Shown here piece after piece: positions 40,707-49,636 of a DNA stretch of 64,000 bases. Made by a program: the position numbers and the translations under genes. Positions within the stretch are counted from its first letter, which is position 1, and the number at the start of each line of letters is the position of its first letter. This stretch comes from Nannocystis bainbridge. GTDB taxonomy: Bacteria; Myxococcota_A; Polyangia; Nannocystales; Nannocystaceae. A model generated the notes under the pieces. The model did not search any database and was not told the origin of the DNA. It was given only the letters and a program-made list of their open reading frames with translations. The DNA lies in NCBI RefSeq assembly GCF_028368995.1, contig NZ_JAQNDL010000001.1, forward strand, positions 576,001-640,000. The letters are read 5' to 3'.

Positions 40707-41341
40707 GTGGGATTGGCCTCCCCCGGGGTGCCGAAGAGGCCGATCCCGGACGACGTGGTGAAGTCGTCGACGCACCACTTGGCGCCCTCGTCGTTGTCGG
40801 CGGCGCTCGGGTCGCCGGGCCAGAAGGTGGTGCCCTGCGGCGGCTTCTTCGGGTCCTTCTGGGTCAGGTTGCGCAGGATGACGCGGTCGATCAGCTTGCC
40901 GCAGGCGTACACGTCGACGAGGCCGCCCTTCGGCAGGTCGCGCGGGTTCTCGGGGTTCGACGGGCTGTACCAGTCGACCAGGTAGCTGTAGTCGAGGTAG
41001 GCCGCGCGCTCGGGGTCGTCGCTGCCGAGCACCACGTAGGCCCCGGGCTCGACCACGAGGGCCTCGTCGCGGACCAGGAAGGCGCCGTGGGGCTTGCCGT
41101 CGTTGCGGGTGAACGCGACCCGCAGCCCGGCCAGGTCGATCGGCTCCTCGGAGGCGTTGTAGAGCTCGATCCACTGCCGGTACGAGCCCGGCTGGTTCTC
41201 GCGGAACTCGGTCAGGGCCAGGTCGCCAGCCTGTATCTTGGGACAGGTGGTCTCCAGCGGCGGTCGCACGCACGCCAGCGATGCTCCCAACATCGACGGC
41301 GCGGCGAGGCGCAACAGACGGTGCGTACGGCCCGAGAACAC
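40697..41341 (-). CDS. Single lamin-tail-domain-like lipoprotein
   Basis: SLAC lipobox; GDLALTE..., QWIELYNAS...IDLAG, GTPGEANPTCP; stop overlaps the next start. Confidence 0.78.
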   Translation of the reverse strand: MFSGRTHRLLRLAAPSMLGASLACVRPPLETTCPKIQAGDLALTEFRENQPGSYRQWIELYNASEEPIDLAGLRVAFTRNDGKPHGAFLVRDEALVVEPGAYVVLGSDDPERAAYLDYSYLVDWYSPSNPENPRDLPKGGLVDVYACGKLIDRVILRNLTQKDPKKPPQGTTFWPGDPSAADNDEGAKWCVDDFTTSSGIGLFGTPGEANPTCP

Positions 41342-41486
41342 GGCTCTCGGGAAGTCATGCTACACGCGCCCCGCGGGCGCCGGGGCCGGTGCTCCAGGAG
41401 AAAATCGGCGACGTCACGGCGACATTCTCTCGCCACGCGGGTGACGCCGGCCTGATTTCACAGTCGCCACGAACTGGGGACTGCGT

Positions 41487-41511
41487 TGAAATTTCACATA
41501 CAAATTTGTGA
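41487..41511. promoter_or_regulatory. Two adjacent AT-rich palindromes (TGAAATTTCA 41487-41496, ACAAATTTGT 41500-41509) upstream of the nuclease operon
   Basis: Perfect 10-bp palindromes sharing an AAATTT core, in a rare AT-rich patch. Confidence 0.4.
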
Positions 41512-41785
41512 GTGCAGGACCTGCGCGGGGCCGCTTTGAACGTTCGTTCAGTGCAGCCGCGAAGGCCGCAGGGGGGCGGAGATCGGCCCCGGAAGCCAAC
41601 TTACGCGATCCGCGGCGGTGTGCTGCGATTGTTGGGGGCTGTCCCGAGGACCAGGTGGTCCCCGAACGACGTCACGCGCAGTGCAATGCGTGTGATCGCC
41701 GTTACGCACGCCCTCACGCGCGCGACGAGGTCCGGGGGCCGCGCCGTGCGGGCCACCGTCACCACGCCGGGGAGCTCCGCTGGCG

Positions 41786-42379
41786 CTATGCCCCGGACCG
41801 CGACGGCAGCGGCGGGAACAGCGAGGTGCGGGCCTGATAGCAGTGGAAGCAGGCCGGCGCGTAGCTCTCGGCCCCGCCGAGCTGGATCTGCTCGCCCTCG
41901 GTGACCGCCTCGCCGCCGCCGTGGCGGAGGTTGAAGATCGCCTTGCGGTTGCAGAACTGGCAGGTGACCTTGACCTCCTCGATGCTGTCGGCCAGCTCGA
42001 GCAGGCGCCGCGAGCCCTCGAACAGCTCGGTGCGGAAATCGGTGCGCAGGCCGTAGCAGATGACCGGCGGGCCGCCGTGGGTCAGCACCCGCAGCTGCTC
42101 GATGAGCCGCGCGCTCAGGAACTGGGCCTCGTCGACGAGCACGCAGTCGACGCCCACGAATTGGGCGGGGTCGAGGACGCTGTCGCGGTCGAGGAGGATG
42201 TCGGCCGCGGCGTGCAGGCCGGCGCGGGAGGCGATCGCGCCGGCGCCGAAGCGGTCGTCGATCCGCGGCTTCAGCAGCAGCACCCGCTTGCCCTGGCTGC
42301 GGTAATTGTGGGCCACCGCCAGCAAGTTCAGGGTCTTGGCGCTGTCCATGGTGCCGTGACGGAAGTAGAGCTTGGCCAT
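41786..42379 (-). CDS. tdk: Thymidine kinase
   Basis: MAKLYFRHGTMDSAKT, SRAG, VDEAQFL, YGLRTDF, C..C and C..C zinc lasso. Confidence 0.93.
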   Translation of the reverse strand: MAKLYFRHGTMDSAKTLNLLAVAHNYRSQGKRVLLLKPRIDDRFGAGAIASRAGLHAAADILLDRDSVLDPAQFVGVDCVLVDEAQFLSARLIEQLRVLTHGGPPVICYGLRTDFRTELFEGSRRLLELADSIEEVKVTCQFCNRKAIFNLRHGGGEAVTEGEQIQLGGAESYAPACFHCYQARTSLFPPLPSRSGA

Positions 42380-42502
42380 GCGGGCGCGTGGATGGTGCCT
42401 CGCCGGGCGCCGCGCTGTAAAGCCGCCGCAAGTCGCGGCGCGCCGCGAAATGTGGCCACCACCCTCCACGGGCCTCGGGCGGGCTGCTAAAGTCGGCGGC
42501 GA

Positions 42503-43726
42503 ATGCCCCTTCAGCTCATGAGCGTCGTCGGCTTCGTCGTCCTGCTCGGCGTCGGCTACGCCCTCAGCCGCGATCGCAAGGCGGTGTCGCTGCGGGTGGT
42601 GCTGTGGGGCGTGGCGCTGCAGTGGATCATCGGCCTGCTGCTGCTCAAGCTGCCGCAGGGCGGCGAGGGCCTGGCCCACGCGGCCAGGGCGGTGCAGGCG
42701 GTGCTCGACCACGCGTTCGTCGGCTCGGGCTTCCTGTTCGGCCCGCTCGGTATGCCCAATGGCGGCGCCACCGGCATCGGCATGATCTTCGCGTTCCAGG
42801 TGCTGCCGACGATCGTGTTCGTCGCGGCGCTGTTCGCGGTGCTCTACTACCTCGGGGTCATGCAGCTGATCGTGCGCGTGCTGGCGCGGGCGATGGTCCA
42901 CGTGTTCGGCGCCAGCGGGGCCGAGTCGCTGTGCATCGCCGCCAGCATCTTCATGGGCCAGACCGAGGCGCCGCTGACGATCCGGCCGTTCCTCAGCAAG
43001 CTGACCGAGTCGGAGCTGTTCACGGTGATCGTCGCCGGCATGGCGTCGGTGTCGGGGGCGATCCTCGGCGCCTACGTGCTGTTCGGCGGGGTGCGGATCG
43101 AGCACCTGCTGACGGCGATGGCGATGACGGCCCCGATCTCGCTGGTGTACGCCAAGCTGGTGGTGCCCGAGACCGGCATCCCCGAGACGGCCGGGATGGT
43201 CCGCGACGCGCCGGTCGAGAACAACCGCAACATCCTCGAGGCGGCCGCCAGCGGCACCAGCGACGGCCTGCGCCTGGCCGCCAACGTCGGCGCGATGCTG
43301 ATCTCGTTCGTCGCCCTGGTGTCGCTGCTGAACGCGGTCGTCGGCCTGATCCCGGCGTTCGGGGCCCCGCTGTCGATCGAGCGCGTGCTCGGCTGGGGCT
43401 TCGCGCCGATCGCCGCGCTGATGGGCATCCCGTGGTCCGAGGCGACCACCGTCGGCGGGGTGCTCGGCACGCGCATGGCGGTCAACGAGATCGTGGCGTT
43501 CCAGCAGCTGCACGCGGCCGCCGGGCTCGACCCGCGCACCGTGGCGATCGCGACCTTCGCGGTGTGCGGGTTCGCCAACCTGTCGAGCATCGGCATCCAG
43601 ATCGGCGGGCTCGGGGCGCTGGTGCCCGAGCGCAAGCCCGACATCGCCCGCCTCGGCCTGCTGGCCCTGGTCACCGCCACGCTCGCCAACTTCTCCACCG
43701 CCTGCGTCGCGGGCGCGCTGCTCTGA
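42503..43726 (+). CDS. nupC: Concentrative nucleoside transporter (NupC/CNT family)
   Basis: FAFQVLPTIVF, IFMGQTEAP, NEIVAF, CGFANLSSIGIQIGG. Confidence 0.92.
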   Translation: MPLQLMSVVGFVVLLGVGYALSRDRKAVSLRVVLWGVALQWIIGLLLLKLPQGGEGLAHAARAVQAVLDHAFVGSGFLFGPLGMPNGGATGIGMIFAFQVLPTIVFVAALFAVLYYLGVMQLIVRVLARAMVHVFGASGAESLCIAASIFMGQTEAPLTIRPFLSKLTESELFTVIVAGMASVSGAILGAYVLFGGVRIEHLLTAMAMTAPISLVYAKLVVPETGIPETAGMVRDAPVENNRNILEAAASGTSDGLRLAANVGAMLISFVALVSLLNAVVGLIPAFGAPLSIERVLGWGFAPIAALMGIPWSEATTVGGVLGTRMAVNEIVAFQQLHAAAGLDPRTVAIATFAVCGFANLSSIGIQIGGLGALVPERKPDIARLGLLALVTATLANFSTACVAGALL

Positions 43727-43769
43727 GCCCCGCGCCTCGATCGGGCGAGCAAGCCAGGAACCACAAGAC

Positions 43770-44741
43770 ATGTCCACCGAACTGGTACCGATCCTCGACA
43801 TCCGCCGCTTCGACCGCTCGGACGACCCGCGCGAGCGAGAAGGGTTCGTCCGCGCGCTCAACCACGCCTACCGCGAGATCGGCTTCGTGGCGGTGTCGAA
43901 CCACGGCATCCCCGACGCGGTCATCGCCGACGCCTACCGCGTGATCAAGGAGTTCTTCGAGCTGCCGATCGAGCAGAAGCTGGCCTACCGGGTCGGCAAG
44001 GGCGGCGCCCGCGGCTACACGCCGTTCGGGGTCGAGCACGCCAAGGACAGCCCGGCGGTCGACCTCAAGGAGTTCTGGCACGTCGGCCGCGAGCACGTGG
44101 CGGGCGCGGCGTGGACCAGCCACTACCCTCCCAACATCTGGCCGACCGAGGTCGCCGGGTTCCGCGAGGCGACGTGGGCGCTGTACCAGCAGCTCGAGGC
44201 GCTCGGCGACCGGGTCCTGCGCGCGGTCGCCCTCGGCCTCGGCCTCGACGAGCGCTACTTCGAGGACAAGACCGACCACGGCAACTCGATCCTGCGCCCG
44301 ATCCACTACCCGCCGCTCGCGCCCGGCCGCGGCGACCCCGGCAGCGTCCGCTCCGGCCAGCACGAGGACATCAACCTCATCACCCTGCTCATCGGCTCCG
44401 GCGAGCCCGGGCTCGAGGTGCTGAGCCGCGCCGGCCAGTGGGTGCCGGTGACGACCATCCCCGAGGCGATCGTGGTCAACGTCGGCGACATGCTGCAGCG
44501 CCTCACCAACGACGTGCTGCGCTCGACCACCCACCGCGTGGTCAACCCGCCCTCGCCCTACGCCGAGGTGCCGCGCTACTCGATCCCGTTCTTCCTCCAC
44601 CCCAACTCGGAGTTCTCGATCGAGTCGCTGTCGACCTGCGTCACGCCCGACAACCCGAACCACTACCCGGAGCCGATCACGGCCGACCAGTACCTGACGC
44701 AGCGGCTGATCGAGATCGGGCTGCTCAAGCCGCAGGCGTGA
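43770..44741 (+). CDS. Isopenicillin-N-synthase-like Fe/2OG oxygenase
   Basis: GF..V.NHGI, RGY, DLKE, HED, NVGDML, THRV, RYSIPFF. Confidence 0.88.
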   Translation: MSTELVPILDIRRFDRSDDPREREGFVRALNHAYREIGFVAVSNHGIPDAVIADAYRVIKEFFELPIEQKLAYRVGKGGARGYTPFGVEHAKDSPAVDLKEFWHVGREHVAGAAWTSHYPPNIWPTEVAGFREATWALYQQLEALGDRVLRAVALGLGLDERYFEDKTDHGNSILRPIHYPPLAPGRGDPGSVRSGQHEDINLITLLIGSGEPGLEVLSRAGQWVPVTTIPEAIVVNVGDMLQRLTNDVLRSTTHRVVNPPSPYAEVPRYSIPFFLHPNSEFSIESLSTCVTPDNPNHYPEPITADQYLTQRLIEIGLLKPQA

Positions 44742-44767
44742 GCGCTTCGGCGGCGCGCACAGTGACC

Positions 44768-44837
44768 TGGCGCCCGGGACATGTCTGAAGCGACAGGCTC
44801 TTCGGGACCTGCCGCATCGGACATGTCCGCCGGGACA
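44768..44837. repeat. Five phased 14-bp units of the TGTCC-N4-GGACA motif
   Basis: TGGCG-cccg-GGACA, TGTCT-gaag-CGACA, GGCTC-ttcg-GGACC, TGCCG-catc-GGACA, TGTCC-gccg-GGACA, contiguous. Confidence 0.75.
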
Positions 44838-44844
44838 GCCCGAC

Positions 44845-45696
44845 TCAGCCGTCCTGCTGGGCGAGGTGTTTGGCCAGGGTCCTCATCACGACCGAGACGC
44901 GGGCGTCCTTGCGCAGGTCGGGGTGGGTCAAGATCCACGCCGGGCGGGTCAGCGGGGCCGTGCTGGCGCGGAACTGCTTGAGCTCGACGAGCTCGGGGTG
45001 CTCGGCGGCCAGGCGCGCGGGCATGAGGTTGAGGCCGACGCCGGCGGCGGTCAGGTCGACGAGCAGGCGCCGCGACGGGGTGGCGAAGGCGATGCGGTCC
45101 TTCGGCACGTGCTCGCGCTCCCACTGGCCGAGCCAGGTGGTGTGGAGCGGGGCGCCGAGCACCAGCCAGCGCGCGTGCTCGGGCTCGGCGGCCAGCGCCC
45201 GCGCGCCGTAGACGCCGAAATGGACCGGGAACAGCTTGCGCCCGACCAGGGTGTTCGGCGGGTCGGCGAGCAGGCCGAGGCCGATCTCGGCCTGGCCCTT
45301 GCGCAGGCTCAGGCCGGCGTCGGAGATGTGCACGTCGACCCGCAGCAGCGGGAAGGCGGCCGCGAGCGCGGCGATCGGCGCGACCAGCAGCGGGCCGAAG
45401 CCGTCGATGGTGGTGACCGTGATGGTGCCGCGCACCTCCTCGCGGCGGTCGCGGGCGCGGCGGGTGATGCCGGCGAGCGTGGCGCTGGTGCTGCGAGCCA
45501 GCGCCGCGAGCTCGCGCCCGGCCGGGGTGATGCCGCGGGTGCGCTCGAGGCAGGCGAACCCGACGGCCTGCTCGAGCGCGGCGATCCGGCGGTAGACGGT
45601 CGAGGCGGCGACGCCGAGGTCGCGGCCGGCCGCCGTCGCCGAGCCGAGGCGCTCGAACGCCTCGAGGAACCGCAGGTCGTCGAGCGAGGTGAGCAT
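44845..45696 (-). CDS. LysR-family transcriptional regulator
   Basis: N-terminal HTH (DDLRFL...GSATAAG..LGV..STVYRRI..LE); C-terminal HPDLR..RV. Confidence 0.85.
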   Translation of the reverse strand: MLTSLDDLRFLEAFERLGSATAAGRDLGVAASTVYRRIAALEQAVGFACLERTRGITPAGRELAALARSTSATLAGITRRARDRREEVRGTITVTTIDGFGPLLVAPIAALAAAFPLLRVDVHISDAGLSLRKGQAEIGLGLLADPPNTLVGRKLFPVHFGVYGARALAAEPEHARWLVLGAPLHTTWLGQWEREHVPKDRIAFATPSRRLLVDLTAAGVGLNLMPARLAAEHPELVELKQFRASTAPLTRPAWILTHPDLRKDARVSVVMRTLAKHLAQQDG

Positions 45697-45709
45697 CCGA
45701 CGCGGCGGC

Positions 45710-46009
45710 TCAGCTCTTGAAGAAGCGCAGCATGCTCTCGATCCAGCCTGGCTTTCCGGTCAGCTGCTCGAGCTCGCCGTCGTCGAGGAACACGCCGTTG
45801 CAGGCGAAGCACTTGTCGACCTTGACGTTGCGGAACTGGACCTCGGCGAGCTCGCTGCCGCACTTGGGGCAGCGCATCCAGTGCAGCCGCTTCTGGCTCT
45901 CGCGCTCGTCCGTCGAGATCTGGGACTGACGGATCTGGACCGCCTCGCGCCGGCGCACCAGGTCCTCGCGCTGCTGCTTCTCCTGCTCGCTCAGAGTTCC
46001 GCTGCTCAT
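45710..46009 (-). CDS. zf-TFIIB-type zinc-ribbon protein
   Basis: MRCPKC...VDKCFACNGVFLDDGELE. Confidence 0.85.
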   Translation of the reverse strand: MSSGTLSEQEKQQREDLVRRREAVQIRQSQISTDERESQKRLHWMRCPKCGSELAEVQFRNVKVDKCFACNGVFLDDGELEQLTGKPGWIESMLRFFKS

Positions 46010-46043
46010 CGCGCCCTCCCCGGGCCCCAGCGGCGGCGACCGC

Positions 46044-48455
46044 TCAGGGCGACTTCTTCCCGACCGGCAACAGGTCCCCCGGATCTTCGGGCGGGGGGGT
46101 GTTCTTGCCGGTGTTGTCGTGCTTGGCGAGGTAGTTGCGGGCGGTCTGGTTGCCCGGCTCGACCTCGACGAGCTTGCGGTAGTACTCGACGGCGACGCCG
46201 TGCTTGCCCGCCAGCTCGGCCGCGCGCGCGGCCCCGGCGATCGCCTCGCGGTTGGCGGGCGCCTGGCTGACGGCGCGCTTGAACCACGAGAGCGCGGAGT
46301 CGTGGGTGTTCTTGGCCAGGAAGCCGGTGCCGAGGCACAGGCACAGGTCGAGGTTGCGCGAGCCGCCGAGCTTGTCGTGGGCCTGCAGCAGCAGCTTGAT
46401 GCCGCCGTCGGGGTCGCCGCCGCGGACCTTGTCGCAGCCGGTGGTGATGAGCGTGCTGGTGGCCTCGCCCTCGGGCGACGGCGTGGGGCGCACGATCGGG
46501 CGCGAGCCGGGCTCGCCCGCGGGCTGGATCGGGTCCTCGGGCGGGGCGCCGGCGCCGGCCGGATCGCCGGGCGTCGGCTCCGGCGGCGGCTCGGGCGGCG
46601 GCGGCAAGGTCTCGCCCTTCTCGGCGGCGCTGCGGTCGAGCGCGGCCCGCAGGGCGACCGCGGCCTGCATGTCGCCGACGCGGCCGAGCACGCCGTCGAG
46701 CACCTTGCGGGCGCCCTCGTCGTCGCCGCCGCGCCACAGCGCCAGCGCCAGCAGCGACTGGTGGAGCGCGCTCGGGTTGGGCACGCCCTGCAGCGAGGTG
46801 ATGAGGCCGCTCGGGATCGGGGCCGTGGGGTCGCGCCACAGCGAGGCGCCGACGACCAGCACGCGCAGCTCCGGCGCGGCGCCCTCGGGCGGGGCGTCGA
46901 GCTTGCCCTGGGCCAGGGCCAGCAGCGCCTGCACGCGCGCGGCCTGGGCCGGGTCGGCGCTGGCGCTGGCGGCCTCGACGAGCGCGCCGGCGTCGGCCAG
47001 GTCGGCGTCGACGGCCTGCGGCAGGGCGCGGTCGGCCGGCTCGAGCATGATGGCGATCTGGGCCGACAGCACGCGCAGCAGCATGACCTCGGCCTGCGTC
47101 AGCTTGGCCGCGGCGACGATCGCCGGGTCGCGCTCGGGGTCGTCGACGACGCGCTCGAGGTCGGTGATGGCCTGCCGCGTCTTGGCCAGGCCGAGCGTGC
47201 GGATGGCGTTGCGGGCCGCCGCGAACTCGCTCGGCTCCTGCGCCGGCGGCCGGCCCTCGCCCTTGACGGCCACCACCGGATCGCCGCCGAGGTTGAGCAG
47301 GCGCTCGCGGATGCCGGGCACGCCGAACACGAGGCCGAGCGCGACCAGCACGCCGCAGAGCGCGTAGACGCCGGCCGAGCCCTTGTTCGGGCTCTCGACC
47401 TTGACGATGACGACGTCGGGCGCGCGCGGGCCGTCGGCGATCATCGAGGGACCCTGCGAGTCGAGGATCGGGTTGGAGCTCAGCGTCGAGGTCGGCGGGA
47501 CCGAGATGGCGGCGCCGGCGACGGCGGCGCTGACGGCCGCCGAGGTGGCCGAGCGCTCCTCGCCGACCGGGCGCCGCTCGGACGCCTCGAGCTCCGACGA
47601 GCGCTCGCCGAGCCTGGCTGAAAGTTCAGGTGCGGGCCGCGACGACTCCGAGCCGGACCGCGGCGACTTCTCGCGCGCGGCGCGTTCGCTGGCCCGCTGG
47701 CCCTCGACCCGCTGGACCGCCGCGGCCACGCTCTGGGCCGCGCGCCGGGCCAGGTCGGACACCAGGATCGGCTGGCTGCGCTCGCGGGTGTCGACGTCGC
47801 GCGGGCTGTCCTCGTCCTCGACGCGCGGCATGCTGTCGCTGCTGACCGCCTTGGTGACGGCGTCGAGCATCGACGACACGTTGCCGGTGCGCCGCTGCGA
47901 GCGGGTGGCCCGCGGCGGCGGCGACGGGGTGTCGAACTGCGGCGGCGCCGGCAGCGGGCCGTCGTCGTCGAGCAGCTGCAGCGCCGGCTCGGGCATCTCG
48001 CCGCCGAGGTCGAAGCGGTGGGTCTCTTCGCGGCGCACCGGCGCGGGCTCGTCGACGCCGGTGCCGAAGGTCGGCGGCGGGCCGAGCTCCATCGCCGAGG
48101 GCGCCTCGATCGCGCGGAACATCCGCGACAGGCCCTCTTTGCCGATGAACAGCGGCGAGAACTCCGGGATCTCGCCCAGCTTGAGCCAGAACTGGCCGGT
48201 GTGGGAGATCTGGTCGTCGGGGCGCAGGCGGCCGTCTTCGACCTGCTCGACGATCTCGCGCAGCGTGGGCAGCTCGAACAGGTGCTTCTCGACCGTCGCC
48301 ATGCGCCACGGGCCGCCGCCGGCCTCGGGCTCCGGCTCGGGCTCGGCGTGGAACATGTGACTGCACACCGAGCACCGCAGCGTCACGCCCTCGGGACCGA
48401 CCTGGCTCGGGTCCAGGTCGAACTCGGTGCTGCATTTCGTGCAACGGATAATCAA
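46044..48455 (-). CDS. Zinc-ribbon (MJ0042-type) / GYF-like membrane protein with C-terminal TPRs
   Basis: IRCTKC...LRCSVCSHMF; W.KLGEIPEF; one TM segment; TPR-like C-terminus; TTG start. Confidence 0.75.
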   Translation of the reverse strand: MIIRCTKCSTEFDLDPSQVGPEGVTLRCSVCSHMFHAEPEPEPEAGGGPWRMATVEKHLFELPTLREIVEQVEDGRLRPDDQISHTGQFWLKLGEIPEFSPLFIGKEGLSRMFRAIEAPSAMELGPPPTFGTGVDEPAPVRREETHRFDLGGEMPEPALQLLDDDGPLPAPPQFDTPSPPPRATRSQRRTGNVSSMLDAVTKAVSSDSMPRVEDEDSPRDVDTRERSQPILVSDLARRAAQSVAAAVQRVEGQRASERAAREKSPRSGSESSRPAPELSARLGERSSELEASERRPVGEERSATSAAVSAAVAGAAISVPPTSTLSSNPILDSQGPSMIADGPRAPDVVIVKVESPNKGSAGVYALCGVLVALGLVFGVPGIRERLLNLGGDPVVAVKGEGRPPAQEPSEFAAARNAIRTLGLAKTRQAITDLERVVDDPERDPAIVAAAKLTQAEVMLLRVLSAQIAIMLEPADRALPQAVDADLADAGALVEAASASADPAQAARVQALLALAQGKLDAPPEGAAPELRVLVVGASLWRDPTAPIPSGLITSLQGVPNPSALHQSLLALALWRGGDDEGARKVLDGVLGRVGDMQAAVALRAALDRSAAEKGETLPPPPEPPPEPTPGDPAGAGAPPEDPIQPAGEPGSRPIVRPTPSPEGEATSTLITTGCDKVRGGDPDGGIKLLLQAHDKLGGSRNLDLCLCLGTGFLAKNTHDSALSWFKRAVSQAPANREAIAGAARAAELAGKHGVAVEYYRKLVEVEPGNQTARNYLAKHDNTGKNTPPPEDPGDLLPVGKKSP

Positions 48456-48508
48456 GGGCTAGCTCGCTGGCGGCACCATAGCACAAAGCAGAAGGGGGCG
48501 GACAGCTG

Positions 48509-48736
48509 TCAGCCGGCGCCCGAACCCGGCGCCACCGACATCACCAGCGAGGCCACCACCGCCACGAGGGACAGCCCGAGGAACGCGGCGAACAGCTTCA
48601 TCGGCAGCGGCGGACGGTACTGCGGCTCGAGCCCGGCTTCGGCCTTGCAACGCGGGCACTGGAGCTCGCCGCCGTCGCCGTCCGTCCCGGCAGGCGCCGT
48701 GATCACGTAGTGGCAGCGGGAGCAGTGGTACTGCAT
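48509..48736 (-). CDS. Small zinc-ribbon membrane protein
   Basis: CSRC...CPRC followed by a hydrophobic helix. Confidence 0.65.
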   Translation of the reverse strand: MQYHCSRCHYVITAPAGTDGDGGELQCPRCKAEAGLEPQYRPPLPMKLFAAFLGLSLVAVVASLVMSVAPGSGAG

Positions 48737-48904
48737 GGCTCATGGGGTACTCTGGGCCCGCTGTCGTGTCAACCACGGCACGCCTCCCCTGCAGCCCCGA
48801 GCCGCCGGCGGCACGCCGTTCCCGACCGGCTGGCGCTCCCCCGCTCCCCTCCCCGCTCCCCACCCCCACGCTCCCGACCCACGCTCCCCCCACGAACGGG
48901 AACC

Positions 48905-49636
48905 ATGCAAACCCCGGCGAAGGTGCTCCTGATCGAAGACGATGTCCGCCTGGCCGAGCGCACGGCGGAATACCTCCAGGGCCACGAGCTCGCCGTCGAG
49001 GTCGCCGGCGACGGCGAGACCGGGCTCGCTCGCGCCCTCAGCGGCGAGCACGACGTGATCCTGCTCGATCTCATGCTCCCGCGCCTCGACGGCCTCGAGG
49101 TCTGCCGGCGCCTGCGACAGCGATCGGCGCTGCCGGTCATCATGCTGTCGGCGCGCAGCGAGGAGATCGACCGCATCCTCGGCCTCGAGCTCGGCGCCGA
49201 CGACTACCTGCCCAAGCCGTACAGCCCGCGCGAGCTGGTGGCCCGGATCCGGGCGGTGCTGCGGCGGGCGGTGCCGTCGCCGGAGGGGCCGGCCAGCACG
49301 CTGCGCTGCGGCCCGCTGGTGGTCGACCGCGCCCGCCGCCGGGTCGAGGTCGCCGGCGGCGCGTGCGACCTGACGGCCCATCAGTTCGACCTCCTGTGGC
49401 TGCTGCTCGAGGCCCGCGGCCAGGTGCTCTCGCGCGAGCAGCTGTACCAACGTCTGCGCGCGCTGAGGGGCCAGCCGCCCGGCACCTACGACCCCTCCGT
49501 CGACCGCAGCATCGACGTCCAGCTCAGCAAGATCCGCGGCACCCTGGCCGCCGCCGACCCTCACGCCGCGGGCCTCATCCGCACCGTGCGCGGCGTCGGC
49601 TACGTGCTCGACGACTCGCCCGAGGGCCCCGCGTGA
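48905..49636 (+). CDS. OmpR-family response regulator
   Basis: LIEDD, LDLMLP, GADDYLPKP, IRTVRGVGY. Confidence 0.93.
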   Translation: MQTPAKVLLIEDDVRLAERTAEYLQGHELAVEVAGDGETGLARALSGEHDVILLDLMLPRLDGLEVCRRLRQRSALPVIMLSARSEEIDRILGLELGADDYLPKPYSPRELVARIRAVLRRAVPSPEGPASTLRCGPLVVDRARRRVEVAGGACDLTAHQFDLLWLLLEARGQVLSREQLYQRLRALRGQPPGTYDPSVDRSIDVQLSKIRGTLAAADPHAAGLIRTVRGVGYVLDDSPEGPA

